A stretch of 32,000 nucleotides of DNA from Moritella sp. JT01 (GTDB lineage: Bacteria; Pseudomonadota; Gammaproteobacteria; Enterobacterales; Moritellaceae): contig NZ_LOCN01000024.1 of the NCBI RefSeq assembly GCF_001574435.1, positions 130,793 through 162,792 on the forward strand, read 5' to 3'. Every line of letters starts with the position of its first letter. The first letter of the stretch is position 1. Of this stretch, positions 9,071-17,222 are shown in pieces. The position numbers were made by a program, and so were the translations under genes. The notes beneath the pieces are model-generated. The model was given only the letters and a program-made list of their open reading frames with translations. It was not told the DNA's origin and searched no databases.

Positions 9071-9197
9071 AATTACCGGCAGTAAGACACCTTATTATTG
9101 AAAAGATTAAATGGACTTATTTTCATGAATGGAATCACGATGCAAAGCCCTCTATCGATTGATAGGAGGGTTAACTATGCGGTATGCAATTAAATAA

Positions 9198-9296
9198 CTG
9201 AAGTTGAGTGTATCTATTGGCTTAATTTTGATTTTTGGAAAACAAAAACGCTGCCTTCATGACAGAATTGCTGGTACTAAAGTAGTAAATATATAG
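9198..9296 (+). pseudogene. C-terminal remnant of an RDD-family membrane protein gene
   Basis: The frame reads LKLSVSIGLILIFGKQKRCLHDRIAGTKVVNI*, directly preceded by an in-frame TAA. The ending ..LHDR.AGT.VV is the typical C-terminus of RDD-family proteins. No N-terminal part or start codon is present. Confidence 0.4.
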
Positions 9297-9437
9297 TAAT
9301 TTCAGTGTTTTTTAATAAGTATGCTTATAGTTTATTAAAGTTGTAACTTAATTGTCACTATTCCTAATTAGTATTTTAAAACATTGGTATTTAACGGATT
9401 GATACCGACTAATATACTTTTACAAAGGAATGTTTAG

Positions 9438-12086
9438 ATGAAGAAAACAATACTATATTTGTCTGCGAGTGCTATTTTCTCGTTGACGGCACATGCTGAT
9501 ATTTTAATTTCTGAATATATTGAAGGGAGTTCGTTTAATAAAGCCATTGAAATAGCGAATACAGGTAATGAACTTGTTACGTTAATCGGCTATGAATTAG
9601 CAAAGTCTGCGAACGGCAATAATGAATGGGGTAACCGTTTGCCGTTAGATGGCATCGCTATTGGCGCGGGCGATGTGTTTGTGTTGGCTCATAGCGATGC
9701 TAACGCCGATATTTTGTCTAATGCGGACATGACTGATACTAACGTGATTAGCTTTAATGGTGATGATCCTATCGCGTTATTATTGAACGGTGAGGTACAC
9801 GATATCATCGGTGTAATGGGCGATCAAAACTTTGGTAAAGACGTTACCTTAGTAAGACAAAGTCGCATTGCAGCTACTATATACAAGGAATCAGATTGGC
9901 TTGTTAAGGCAAAGAATAATAGCGATGGCTTAGGTTCGTTAGACTCATCTGGTGGCGGTTCTGATAATGGCGGGGAACCTGATACTATTATCGAATCGAC
10001 AATTATGGCACTTCAGGGAAATGGTTGGTCCTCTCCCTATACAGACCCTACAACTGAAAAATACATCTCAGACGAAACGTTCCTAATTGAAGGTATTGTC
10101 ACGGCCATTCAAGTTAATGCTTTAGGTAATGATTTACCACAAGGGTTCTTTATTCAAGATGAACTGGGCGATAATGATGTGACAACATCTGATGGTATTT
10201 ATGTCTCAGGTTTTATAACGGGTCTATCTATCGGAGATAAGGTTGCGGTTACTGGTAAAGTCAAAGAGGATTACGGCTGGACTAAGGTACAAGCAACAAA
10301 TGTAGACGTGATTGGTAATGGCACGATACCTGTAACAAATGTAAGGGCAGCAAGTGACGATGGTGATTTTGATTTTACATTAGAAAGACATGAAGGCATG
10401 TTCGTTAATATTGACCAACAAGCAGATATGTATGTTGCACGTACTTATGGCTTTGACTATGGCCCATTTCGTAACAACATGGTGATAGCCAAGTCTGGCC
10501 TTAACCTGCACCCCAATCAATTGAATATTCCCGCTTCTGCAGGTGCAAACTCGCAACGTGATGATAACGAAGATAGACGCATTATCGTGGAAACCATGAT
10601 TAAAGCGCCCAACGGTGCCCCTCTATGGTATCCAACATTCGGTCAAGATGATGGAACGGGTACCACAAACGACTATATACGTAATGGTGACTTAGTTAAC
10701 GGGTTAGAAGGTGTGCTAGGCTATTCTTACGGTGATTTTAGACTTTATATTACTAACCAAGCTGACGAATTTACTTTTATTCATGCGAACCCTCGATTAT
10801 CTCGTCCTGATGTTACAGGCGAGGGACTACGCATCGCCACTTTCAATGTTTTAAACTACTTTAATTCTCCTTTTGACGGAGCTGCGAACCCCACTGGGAC
10901 GAATCGTGGCGCTACGACTTATGCCGAATTTGAATTACAAGGCGATAAGATCGCGGCTGCTATTTTGGCTTTAGATGCAGATATTATTGGTTTAATGGAA
11001 ATCGAAAATAATGGTTTCGGTGATAGTTCTGCAGTCGCTTATTTGGTTGATAAAGTGAATTCATTATTACCAGACGTTGAGCAATATGCATTTGTCACAA
11101 GCCCTGATAGTGCGGGTTTTATTGGTAGTGATGCCATTGCTAATCAAGTGATTTACAAACCTTCGATGGTGACGCTTGATACTTACCGAATCATTAAGAT
11201 GCCTGAGCAACATGCAGGTCAAACGGGTAAAGAAAATGGTGACAACTATCAACGCGATGCGATAACGCCAACGTTTAAGGTTAATGACTCAGAAGAGTTG
11301 GTCACTGTCTCTGTTAATCATTTCAAATCTAAGGGGTCTACGTGTTGGGAAGATGTTGCTATTCAGAATGGCGAAGATGTTGGCTTACAAGGTTCTTGTG
11401 AGCACTTACGTGTTTCAGCGGCTCAACATTTGGGTAATGAAATGGCGTTAATTGCGGGTAATAAGCTGATCATTGGTGATCTTAATGCTTATGGGCAAGA
11501 AGACCCGCTACTTGTGTTAACAACCATGCCCGAAAACCACAGCGTGATGCCTGCACGTATGACATACATAGGTGACGAACCAATGGCGGGAAGTAATCCA
11601 AACGCTATCTCTGATTCATTTGGGTTTGTTAATGTGATCAGTGAACAGCATCCTGCCGCGTACAGTTATATTTATAACGACACTGTCGGTACACTCGATT
11701 ATATTTTAGTAGACAGTGAAACTGCATCAAAAGTGGTCGATGCAAATGTGTGGCATATCAATGCATCAGAATCAAAGTTGTTTGAGTATTCGTCAAAATA
11801 TACTGCAGACTTAGCTAAGTACCCTGATTTATTTAGATCGTCAGATCATGAACCCGCTATTGTTATTTTGGATGTATTAGGCGATGCTGACCAACCTGAC
11901 CAACCTGACCAACCTGACCAACCTGACCAACCAACGCCACCGTCTGGTACTGATGACACAACAAGTAACGATGATGACGAAGAAGAATGGTATGGCGGCT
12001 CTACTGGCTTATTATCACTTGGTTTCTTAACTGGTTTTGCTTTGTTTCGACGCTTCGGTCAACGATATATTAAGATGAACAGATAA
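9438..12086 (+). CDS. Extracellular endonuclease, ExeM/NucH-like (lamin-tail domain + endonuclease/exonuclease/phosphatase domain) with a GlyGly-CTERM sorting signal
   Basis: 882 aa. Signal peptide MKKTILYLSASAIFSLTAHA. LTD-like N-terminus (ILISEYIEGSSFNKAIEIANTG). EEP-type core (LRIATFNVLNYF, IIGLMEIENN, VNHFKSKG, GDLNAY, SSDHEP). The C-terminus YGGSTGLLSLGFLTGFALFRRFGQR has a GG motif, a TM helix and a basic tail. Confidence 0.85.
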   Translation: MKKTILYLSASAIFSLTAHADILISEYIEGSSFNKAIEIANTGNELVTLIGYELAKSANGNNEWGNRLPLDGIAIGAGDVFVLAHSDANADILSNADMTDTNVISFNGDDPIALLLNGEVHDIIGVMGDQNFGKDVTLVRQSRIAATIYKESDWLVKAKNNSDGLGSLDSSGGGSDNGGEPDTIIESTIMALQGNGWSSPYTDPTTEKYISDETFLIEGIVTAIQVNALGNDLPQGFFIQDELGDNDVTTSDGIYVSGFITGLSIGDKVAVTGKVKEDYGWTKVQATNVDVIGNGTIPVTNVRAASDDGDFDFTLERHEGMFVNIDQQADMYVARTYGFDYGPFRNNMVIAKSGLNLHPNQLNIPASAGANSQRDDNEDRRIIVETMIKAPNGAPLWYPTFGQDDGTGTTNDYIRNGDLVNGLEGVLGYSYGDFRLYITNQADEFTFIHANPRLSRPDVTGEGLRIATFNVLNYFNSPFDGAANPTGTNRGATTYAEFELQGDKIAAAILALDADIIGLMEIENNGFGDSSAVAYLVDKVNSLLPDVEQYAFVTSPDSAGFIGSDAIANQVIYKPSMVTLDTYRIIKMPEQHAGQTGKENGDNYQRDAITPTFKVNDSEELVTVSVNHFKSKGSTCWEDVAIQNGEDVGLQGSCEHLRVSAAQHLGNEMALIAGNKLIIGDLNAYGQEDPLLVLTTMPENHSVMPARMTYIGDEPMAGSNPNAISDSFGFVNVISEQHPAAYSYIYNDTVGTLDYILVDSETASKVVDANVWHINASESKLFEYSSKYTADLAKYPDLFRSSDHEPAIVILDVLGDADQPDQPDQPDQPDQPTPPSGTDDTTSNDDDEEEWYGGSTGLLSLGFLTGFALFRRFGQRYIKMNR
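11889..11933 (+). repeat. 9-bp tandem repeat x5 (GACCAACCT) encoding (DQP)5 in the nuclease linker
   Basis: Four perfect GACCAACCT units plus GACCAACCA, read directly from the sequence. In frame, between the EEP domain and the acidic/GlyGly-CTERM tail. Confidence 0.95.
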
Positions 12087-12094
12087 TCAAAGAC

Positions 12095-12137
12095 GAGGTT
12101 ATACCTGTTGAATCATTGGGTATAACCTCATTATTTT
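12095..12137 (+). terminator. Rho-independent terminator after the nuclease gene
   Basis: GAGGTTATACC (12095-12105) pairs perfectly with GGTATAACCTC (12119-12129). The loop is 13 nt and ATTATTTT follows. Confidence 0.7.
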
Positions 12138-12336
12138 GATCTGTATTTACCCATTCACAGGTAAGCGACATGTCGATGGCTCCACTACCGTTTTTGCAGG
12201 GAAATATAGGGTATTAAGTATTAAAAAGTAAGATTAAATGACATTACCGCAAGGTTTGATCGATTTCACTAACTTAATAGGGCATAAATACGCTAAAATA
12301 GTCGGCTATTATCTTATTTCTGAGCTTTATATATTA

Positions 12337-13611
12337 ATGACAACTGTCACAGCACCAGCAAACTTTACCGAACTTGGCCTTATTTCACCTTTGTTAGCGC
12401 GATTAACTGAGCTGGAATACCAGCAGCCAACGCCTATTCAAGCACAAGCTATCCCAAGTGTATTAGCGGGACGTGACTTAATTGCAGGGGCAAATACCGG
12501 TTCGGGTAAAACAGCCGCTTTTGCATTACCTATGCTGCAGCACTTACATATAGAAAAGCAATCGGGTAGTACAAGCAGTAAAGGTAACTATGTTACAGGA
12601 CTGATTTTGGTACCTACCCGTGAACTCGCTAAGCAAGTTGCTGACAGCATTAAATCTTATGCAGTGCATTTTAACGGCGCGATTAAAACGGTTGCTGTTT
12701 TTGGTGGTGTATCAGTGAATACGCAAATGCTCGCATTACGCGGCGGCACTGATATTTTAGTTGCAACACCTGGTCGATTACTCGATTTGATTTCAAGTAA
12801 TGCTATTAAGCTAGATATGGTTAAAACCTTAGTGCTAGATGAAGCCGATCGTATGTTAAGTTTAGGCTTTACAGAGGAGTTATCTTCACTGTTAGCTTTG
12901 TTGCCAAAGAAAAAGCAAATTTTATTATTTTCAGCGACCTTCCCTGAAAAAGTACAGACTTTAACGCAAACTTTGCTTAACGACCCAATTGAAATTCAAT
13001 TGCAAAGTGCGGATGCAAGTACCTTAGTTCAGCGTGTTTTTACTGTTAACCAAGGTGAAAAAACAGCCGTTCTAGCGCATTTGATCAATGAAAATCAATG
13101 GCGACAAGTGCTTATTTTCGTTAATGCTAAACACAGCTGTAATCACTTAGCAGACAAACTTGCTAAGCGTGGCATTACATCACAAGTGTTTCATGGCGAT
13201 AAAGCGCAAGGCGCTCGTATTCGTACGCTTGACGGATTTAAATCTGGCGAAATTCAAGTGCTGATTGCAACTGATATCGCAGCCCGTGGTTTAGATATCG
13301 AAAAACTACCAGTGGTGATCAACTTTGACTTACCAAGAAGTCCATCTGACTACATGCACCGTATTGGTCGAAGTGGCCGTGCTGGTGAAGTGGGCTTAGC
13401 ATTATCGCTTATCGACCATGAAGATTATCATCATTTCAGCGTCATCGAAAAGAAGAACAAGATCCGACTCGAGCGTGAACAAGTAGCGGGTTTTGAAGTA
13501 GATGAAACTATCGAAGCATATATACCGATGGCTCCACCTGAAGGCAGTGGTAAGAAAAAACGTAAAAATACAGCACCAGTAAATGCAGATATCTGGTTGA
13601 GAAATAATTAA
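12337..13611 (+). CDS. rhlE: DEAD-box ATP-dependent RNA helicase, RhlE-like
   Basis: Q motif FTELGL...PTPIQAQAIP, Walker A ANTGSGKTAAF, then PTRELA, DEAD (VLDEADRM), SAT, ARGLD and HRIGRSGRAG, with a basic C-tail. The track starts at ATG 12238. I prefer ATG 12337 (MTTVTAPANFTELGL, 424 aa) because it puts the Q motif at the usual distance from the N-terminus. The start remains uncertain. Confidence 0.85.
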   Translation: MTTVTAPANFTELGLISPLLARLTELEYQQPTPIQAQAIPSVLAGRDLIAGANTGSGKTAAFALPMLQHLHIEKQSGSTSSKGNYVTGLILVPTRELAKQVADSIKSYAVHFNGAIKTVAVFGGVSVNTQMLALRGGTDILVATPGRLLDLISSNAIKLDMVKTLVLDEADRMLSLGFTEELSSLLALLPKKKQILLFSATFPEKVQTLTQTLLNDPIEIQLQSADASTLVQRVFTVNQGEKTAVLAHLINENQWRQVLIFVNAKHSCNHLADKLAKRGITSQVFHGDKAQGARIRTLDGFKSGEIQVLIATDIAARGLDIEKLPVVINFDLPRSPSDYMHRIGRSGRAGEVGLALSLIDHEDYHHFSVIEKKNKIRLEREQVAGFEVDETIEAYIPMAPPEGSGKKKRKNTAPVNADIWLRNN

Positions 13612-13889
13612 CCTACGCAGAAGCTAAATCTAGTATATAAGAGTAGGTGTCGCGCAACGGCATCTACTTTACAACACTTCAACGGCCTTTCAGATTCACT
13701 TGGTTTTTCCACTGGTTCTATCGTGTTAAATGTTTCAGTAATTCCCATGGAAAACTTCAAGCAGTAATATTTAACTTACATCATACTTAGACCATCATGC
13801 ATATTGTGTTAACTATGGTGTTCGCTTTAAGATTTACGTATGTTGTATTTCAGCAGGAATGTTCGGGTGCTAGAGTTGGTTTAAATAAG

Positions 13890-13915
13890 ATATACCCCAA
13901 CGAGTTGGGGTATAT
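13890..13915 (-). terminator. Rho-independent terminator of the minus-strand five-gene operon
   Basis: ATATACCCCAA (13890-13900) pairs with TTGGGGTATAT (13905-13915) around a CGAG loop. On the minus strand CTTATTTAAA follows. It lies 28 nt past the MotB-like stop. Confidence 0.65.
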
Positions 13916-13942
13916 GACTTATGAGCGTTAATTCAGAAGGTT

Positions 13943-14608
13943 TTAAGGCCTACGAATGTAAATGACAGCGCGACGGTTTGCTGCTCTAGCTGCGTGTACA
14001 TCCTTAGTTGTACTTAATTCGACTTTGGGTCTTGAGTCAGCATAAGCAACTGCTTTCAGTTCCTTTTTTTCAACACCTTGTTGCTCAAGTCGTTTAACAA
14101 TTACAACGGCTCGAGCGCTCGATAACTCCCAGTTTGATGGGTAGAGTAGGGTATTGATTGGAATGTCGTCAGTATGACCTTCAATTTCAATCAGCTGGTT
14201 TTTGACATTTGAGTTATTAATGACGTCAGCAATTTGATCAATCACAGGTAACATCTGTGATTTGATCTCCGCATCACCAGAGCCATAAAGGGCCTTATTA
14301 GAAAACTCAATCTTGATACCTTTTTTATCAATACTGACATCGACTAATTCAGTCATGTTATTTTTTTCAAGTACACTCGTAATGTCTTTTTTCAATTCAC
14401 TAAAAGGCATAGAGGTCTTTGTGGTGCTGGTTATCGATGTGATACCTTGCTCGAGCTCTTGTAAACGACCTTCATTTACTTCTGATACACTGACCAGAAT
14501 AACAAAGAATGCGAGCAATAACGTGATCGCATCACTGTATGTGACTAACCAACCATTATCGTCTTGATCGTTTAATTGCGAGGTAGACGGAGGTCTTTTT
14601 AATCTCAT
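13943..14608 (-). CDS. MotB/OmpA-family stator subunit (peptidoglycan-anchored ion-channel partner)
   Basis: 221 aa. A single TM helix carries the conserved channel Asp (GWLVTYSDAITLLLAFFVIL, compare MotB TYADLMTLL). C-terminal OmpA-like domain (IEIEGHTDDIP, SNWELSSARA, NRRAVIYI). The start overlaps the MotA-like stop (ATGA). Confidence 0.85.
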   Translation of the reverse strand: MRLKRPPSTSQLNDQDDNGWLVTYSDAITLLLAFFVILVSVSEVNEGRLQELEQGITSITSTTKTSMPFSELKKDITSVLEKNNMTELVDVSIDKKGIKIEFSNKALYGSGDAEIKSQMLPVIDQIADVINNSNVKNQLIEIEGHTDDIPINTLLYPSNWELSSARAVVIVKRLEQQGVEKKELKAVAYADSRPKVELSTTKDVHAARAANRRAVIYIRRP

Positions 14609-15396
14609 TTACCTAACTCCGTCATTTTATGTTTGGGCGCTAGGTAACAGTTTAATCTGTCTTGAATATACAAATTATCTTTATTTTCTGTTATCAACTC
14701 AAAACCAGCTGTTATAATTTGACGCTCGAAGAAAATGCGGTGCTGTCTTCTTGCGATGCGAATTGCAGATGGCTTAAAGAGTAGCTGTGCTAACAATGTA
14801 CCGTACAATGTCGTTAATAGAGCAATGGCAAGGCCTTTGCCTAATTCAGACAAATCACCACTCATATTATCAAGCATGATAATTAAGCCAATTAAAGTAC
14901 CAACCATACCAAAACTAGGGGCATATATTGAAAGTGTATTAATGACATTTACGTGTTCATTTCTACGTTGAAAATCACTTTCATTCGTGTCGTCAAGCAT
15001 ACTAGAAAGAACTTTCGATTTATAACCTGTACCCAATAACTCCATTGCATTGATAATGAAATCATCCTTTTTTTCTTTCTCAGTCAAACTATTTTCTAAC
15101 GCTGTAATACCTTGCTTTTTATATATATCATTCCATTCGACAATACGATTAACAAGTTGCTTTAATTGTTTGTGTTGGTTCTTTTCGTCAAGCAGATTAA
15201 CCATCATTTCGGTAAATGCGGCCCAAATCAAACGAAACGAGTAACTGATTAAGGTGGCACCAAAAGTTCCGCCAAGCACGATAAGTAAACTGAATAGGCT
15301 TACAAATATCAGGTAATTATCAGTGCTTTTAAAAATTGCGTAAACGAATAAACCGACTGCACCTAATATGCCTACGAAAGTACTAATTGAAATCAT
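14605..15396 (-). CDS. MotA/PomA-family stator subunit (MotA/TolQ/ExbB proton-channel family)
   Basis: 263 aa with four TM segments and a large cytoplasmic loop between TM2 and TM3. Conserved prolines are in MotA-like context (YAPSFGMVGTLIGL and LLTTLYGTLLAQLLFKP). Confidence 0.85.
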   Translation of the reverse strand: MISISTFVGILGAVGLFVYAIFKSTDNYLIFVSLFSLLIVLGGTFGATLISYSFRLIWAAFTEMMVNLLDEKNQHKQLKQLVNRIVEWNDIYKKQGITALENSLTEKEKKDDFIINAMELLGTGYKSKVLSSMLDDTNESDFQRRNEHVNVINTLSIYAPSFGMVGTLIGLIIMLDNMSGDLSELGKGLAIALLTTLYGTLLAQLLFKPSAIRIARRQHRIFFERQIITAGFELITENKDNLYIQDRLNCYLAPKHKMTELGK

Positions 15397-15399
15397 TTA

Positions 15400-17220
15400 T
15401 TATCCCTTTAAATCATTCATAGTGAAACGACCTGAATTGAGCAACTGTCTTACTGCTACAACAATGTCTTGTTGCGCTCGAGCTATGCTTTCTTGATCTG
15501 GCACTTCGAGTTGTTTTATCTCAAATAGCAGCGCTGATTTTAATTTAACAGGCAGATCTGTTAATGCATGTTGAATTTGCTCTTCTTCAAAAGAGTGCAA
15601 ACCAATGGCCACTATTTTACGCTCAAGGTTACGCAATGCATCGGCAAGTACTAACGTTGGTGTCTTCAATACATCATCAAAGCAATAAAATTTCTCACGA
15701 ATTTTTATGTAGGTTTCTGGGGAGTTTTCTTTAAGCTGCGTTAATAATGCTTGCTGCTCGTTTAGCGGTAAACGATCTAACATTCCAAGTAACAACTCAG
15801 TGCCATCTGCATTGATGTGCTCGAAGTCTGGTACATGCCGTGATTTCTTGGCTAGACGCTGTGCAATCTCGTTAAACGTTGCGACTGGGAAGTTATGGAA
15901 CTGTCCAATTTCAACTGCAACTAATGCACGCTCAGTAGGGCTTAATTGTTTTAATACAGCCGTTGATTTTAATTCTTCAAGCTGTATTAAAACTAACGCT
16001 TTTATTCTTGGTGGTTCTTCTTTAATTAACCAAGATATTTGATTGTCGGTTAATTTTTGAAGGTAAGAAAATGGTTTATGTGTAACTGCTTCAGCATCAT
16101 TTTCTATGTGAGTCAATAACTGTAGTAGATCATTTAGACTAGTGATCAAAGCAGGGTAATCTTTTTGCTCTTGCTTAAGGTAGTTTATATATTGTGGAAT
16201 TTCATGCACAAGATTAGGGAAAATAGAAGTGAATATCGAACGACCTAATGTTTGATATGAAGCTGCTAACAGTGGCATATTTTGCTCGTTTAAAGCGATG
16301 TTAGCTACGGTGGTTTGGATTTTGTCCGGAGATGCTAAACTCAAGCTGATAATTCGCTGACGAAGTGCTTGTACATCTTGTTGCTGTTGCATTAATAATG
16401 GTTCAGCGGATGGTGGTGTACTATCTATTTCTTCGCGAGGCTCTTTCTTATTTGTATTCCGTAACAATAATACTAATAGAAGCATAATCAAAACAGATAA
16501 TAATATAATTAGCCAATTGATCCAATCTTGATACCAAGGCGCTTGTGTTAAATCGTCAAGATCTTGAACAGTCGTTGTTGGAAAATTAGTTGCTGTGATC
16601 GTTAATGTATCCCCTCTAAAAGGGTTGTAATTTAACTTTTCAGTAAGTAAATTTCTTAGGAATACAACTTGTTCGTTATTAACCGTGTTAGTCACTAATA
16701 GCTTAGTGTGAAGTACTCGCAATTTTTTTTCTGACGTGTCCTTACTTCTTGGTTGATTGGCTTGTTTTACTTGATTTTCGAGTAACTCAGCTTGTTTGGT
16801 AATTGTTTGCTCCATCTCTGCAATTTGAGCTTTTGCCTGCGCTACTACTGGGTTGACAGCAAGTTCTTTAGGCGTATTACTTGGTAAAGCTGGTAAGTCA
16901 AATTCATCTTCAGTTTCAGGTGTTAATGCTGAAGGCGTTTGATTACTCTGTTCTGGACTTTGCACTTGTTCCGGAGTGGTATGTGAGGCTTGAGGTTGTC
17001 CGTTATTATTCGTTAAATCTTGAGCCCTAGGCGTCGTTAATACTTCAGCTCTAATCGAAAGTATAAAGCTATCATCACCGAGATAGGCTTCGATATCTCT
17101 ATTCAGCCTTTCTTCTAAGCCTTGACTTAACTCGAGTGATTCAATTTCATTTGCCATAACCAGTGGTGTGAGCACAAGTAATATAGCTAATAATAAAGAT
17201 TTAAAAATAGTCATAATCAT
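15400..17220 (-). CDS. Bitopic membrane protein: FliF-C-terminal-like periplasmic segment + TM helix + FliG-like (middle and C-terminal domain) cytoplasmic region
   Basis: 606 aa. An N-terminal TM or signal segment is followed by a periplasmic part with a P/Q/T-rich linker and a coiled coil. KLRVLHTKLLVTNTV...EQVVFLRNLLTEKLNYNPFRGDTLTITATNFP resembles the FliF ring-building-motif end (recalled as ..RGDTLNVVNSPF). Then a TM helix (WLIILLSVLIMLLLVLLL). EEPPRIKALVLIQLE resembles FliG EHPQTIALIL, FYCFDDVL resembles F.FEDI, and ARAQQDIVVAVRQLLNSGRF resembles EAQQKIV..IRRLEE.GEI. The start could be the second ATG at 17214. Confidence 0.7.
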   Translation of the reverse strand: MIMTIFKSLLLAILLVLTPLVMANEIESLELSQGLEERLNRDIEAYLGDDSFILSIRAEVLTTPRAQDLTNNNGQPQASHTTPEQVQSPEQSNQTPSALTPETEDEFDLPALPSNTPKELAVNPVVAQAKAQIAEMEQTITKQAELLENQVKQANQPRSKDTSEKKLRVLHTKLLVTNTVNNEQVVFLRNLLTEKLNYNPFRGDTLTITATNFPTTTVQDLDDLTQAPWYQDWINWLIILLSVLIMLLLVLLLRNTNKKEPREEIDSTPPSAEPLLMQQQQDVQALRQRIISLSLASPDKIQTTVANIALNEQNMPLLAASYQTLGRSIFTSIFPNLVHEIPQYINYLKQEQKDYPALITSLNDLLQLLTHIENDAEAVTHKPFSYLQKLTDNQISWLIKEEPPRIKALVLIQLEELKSTAVLKQLSPTERALVAVEIGQFHNFPVATFNEIAQRLAKKSRHVPDFEHINADGTELLLGMLDRLPLNEQQALLTQLKENSPETYIKIREKFYCFDDVLKTPTLVLADALRNLERKIVAIGLHSFEEEQIQHALTDLPVKLKSALLFEIKQLEVPDQESIARAQQDIVVAVRQLLNSGRFTMNDLKG

Positions 17221-17222
17221 CC

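Noticed and set aside
9148-9170. Hairpin CCCTCTATC-GATT-GATAGGAGGG as terminator of the T6SS operon
   Set aside because: The stem is bulged and no U tract follows. It lies in decayed intergenic DNA. A terminator role is possible but unsupported.
11889-11933. Tandem repeat as a CRISPR or minisatellite locus
   Set aside because: The units are 9 bp with no spacers, in frame within a CDS. It is a coding (DQP)n linker.
9438-12086. Nuclease as a T6SS effector of the adjacent vgrG cluster
   Set aside because: It has a classical Sec signal peptide and a GlyGly-CTERM anchor, which indicates the T2SS/rhombosortase route. It also has its own RBS and terminator and is separated from the cluster by about 390 bp of decayed DNA.
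13643-13670. Weak hairpin GTAGGTG...CATCTAC followed by TTT after the helicase gene
   Set aside because: It has only 7 bp including a G-U pair, an 11-nt loop and a short T run. That is too weak to call a terminator.
13943-15396. MotA/MotB-like pair as a Zorya anti-phage system
   Set aside because: The MotA-like protein is only 263 aa and lacks the long ZorA tail. No ZorC/D/E-type helicase or nuclease genes are in the operon. The partners are a FliG-like protein, a lipoprotein and an OM protein instead.
13943-15396. MotA/MotB-like pair as the ordinary flagellar stator, or as TolQR/ExbBD
   Set aside because: There are no flagellar, Tol-Pal or TonB genes in the operon or nearby. The MotB-like protein has an OmpA-type domain, unlike ExbD/TolR. 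Use by the host flagellum cannot be excluded without the rest of the genome.
14313-16042. Plus-strand ORFs 14313..14567, 14735..14971, 15050..15244 and 15800..16042
   Set aside because: They are antisense to the MotB-like, MotA-like and FliG-like genes. Their Ser/Phe/Cys-rich products are typical of the reverse frames of AT-rich genes.
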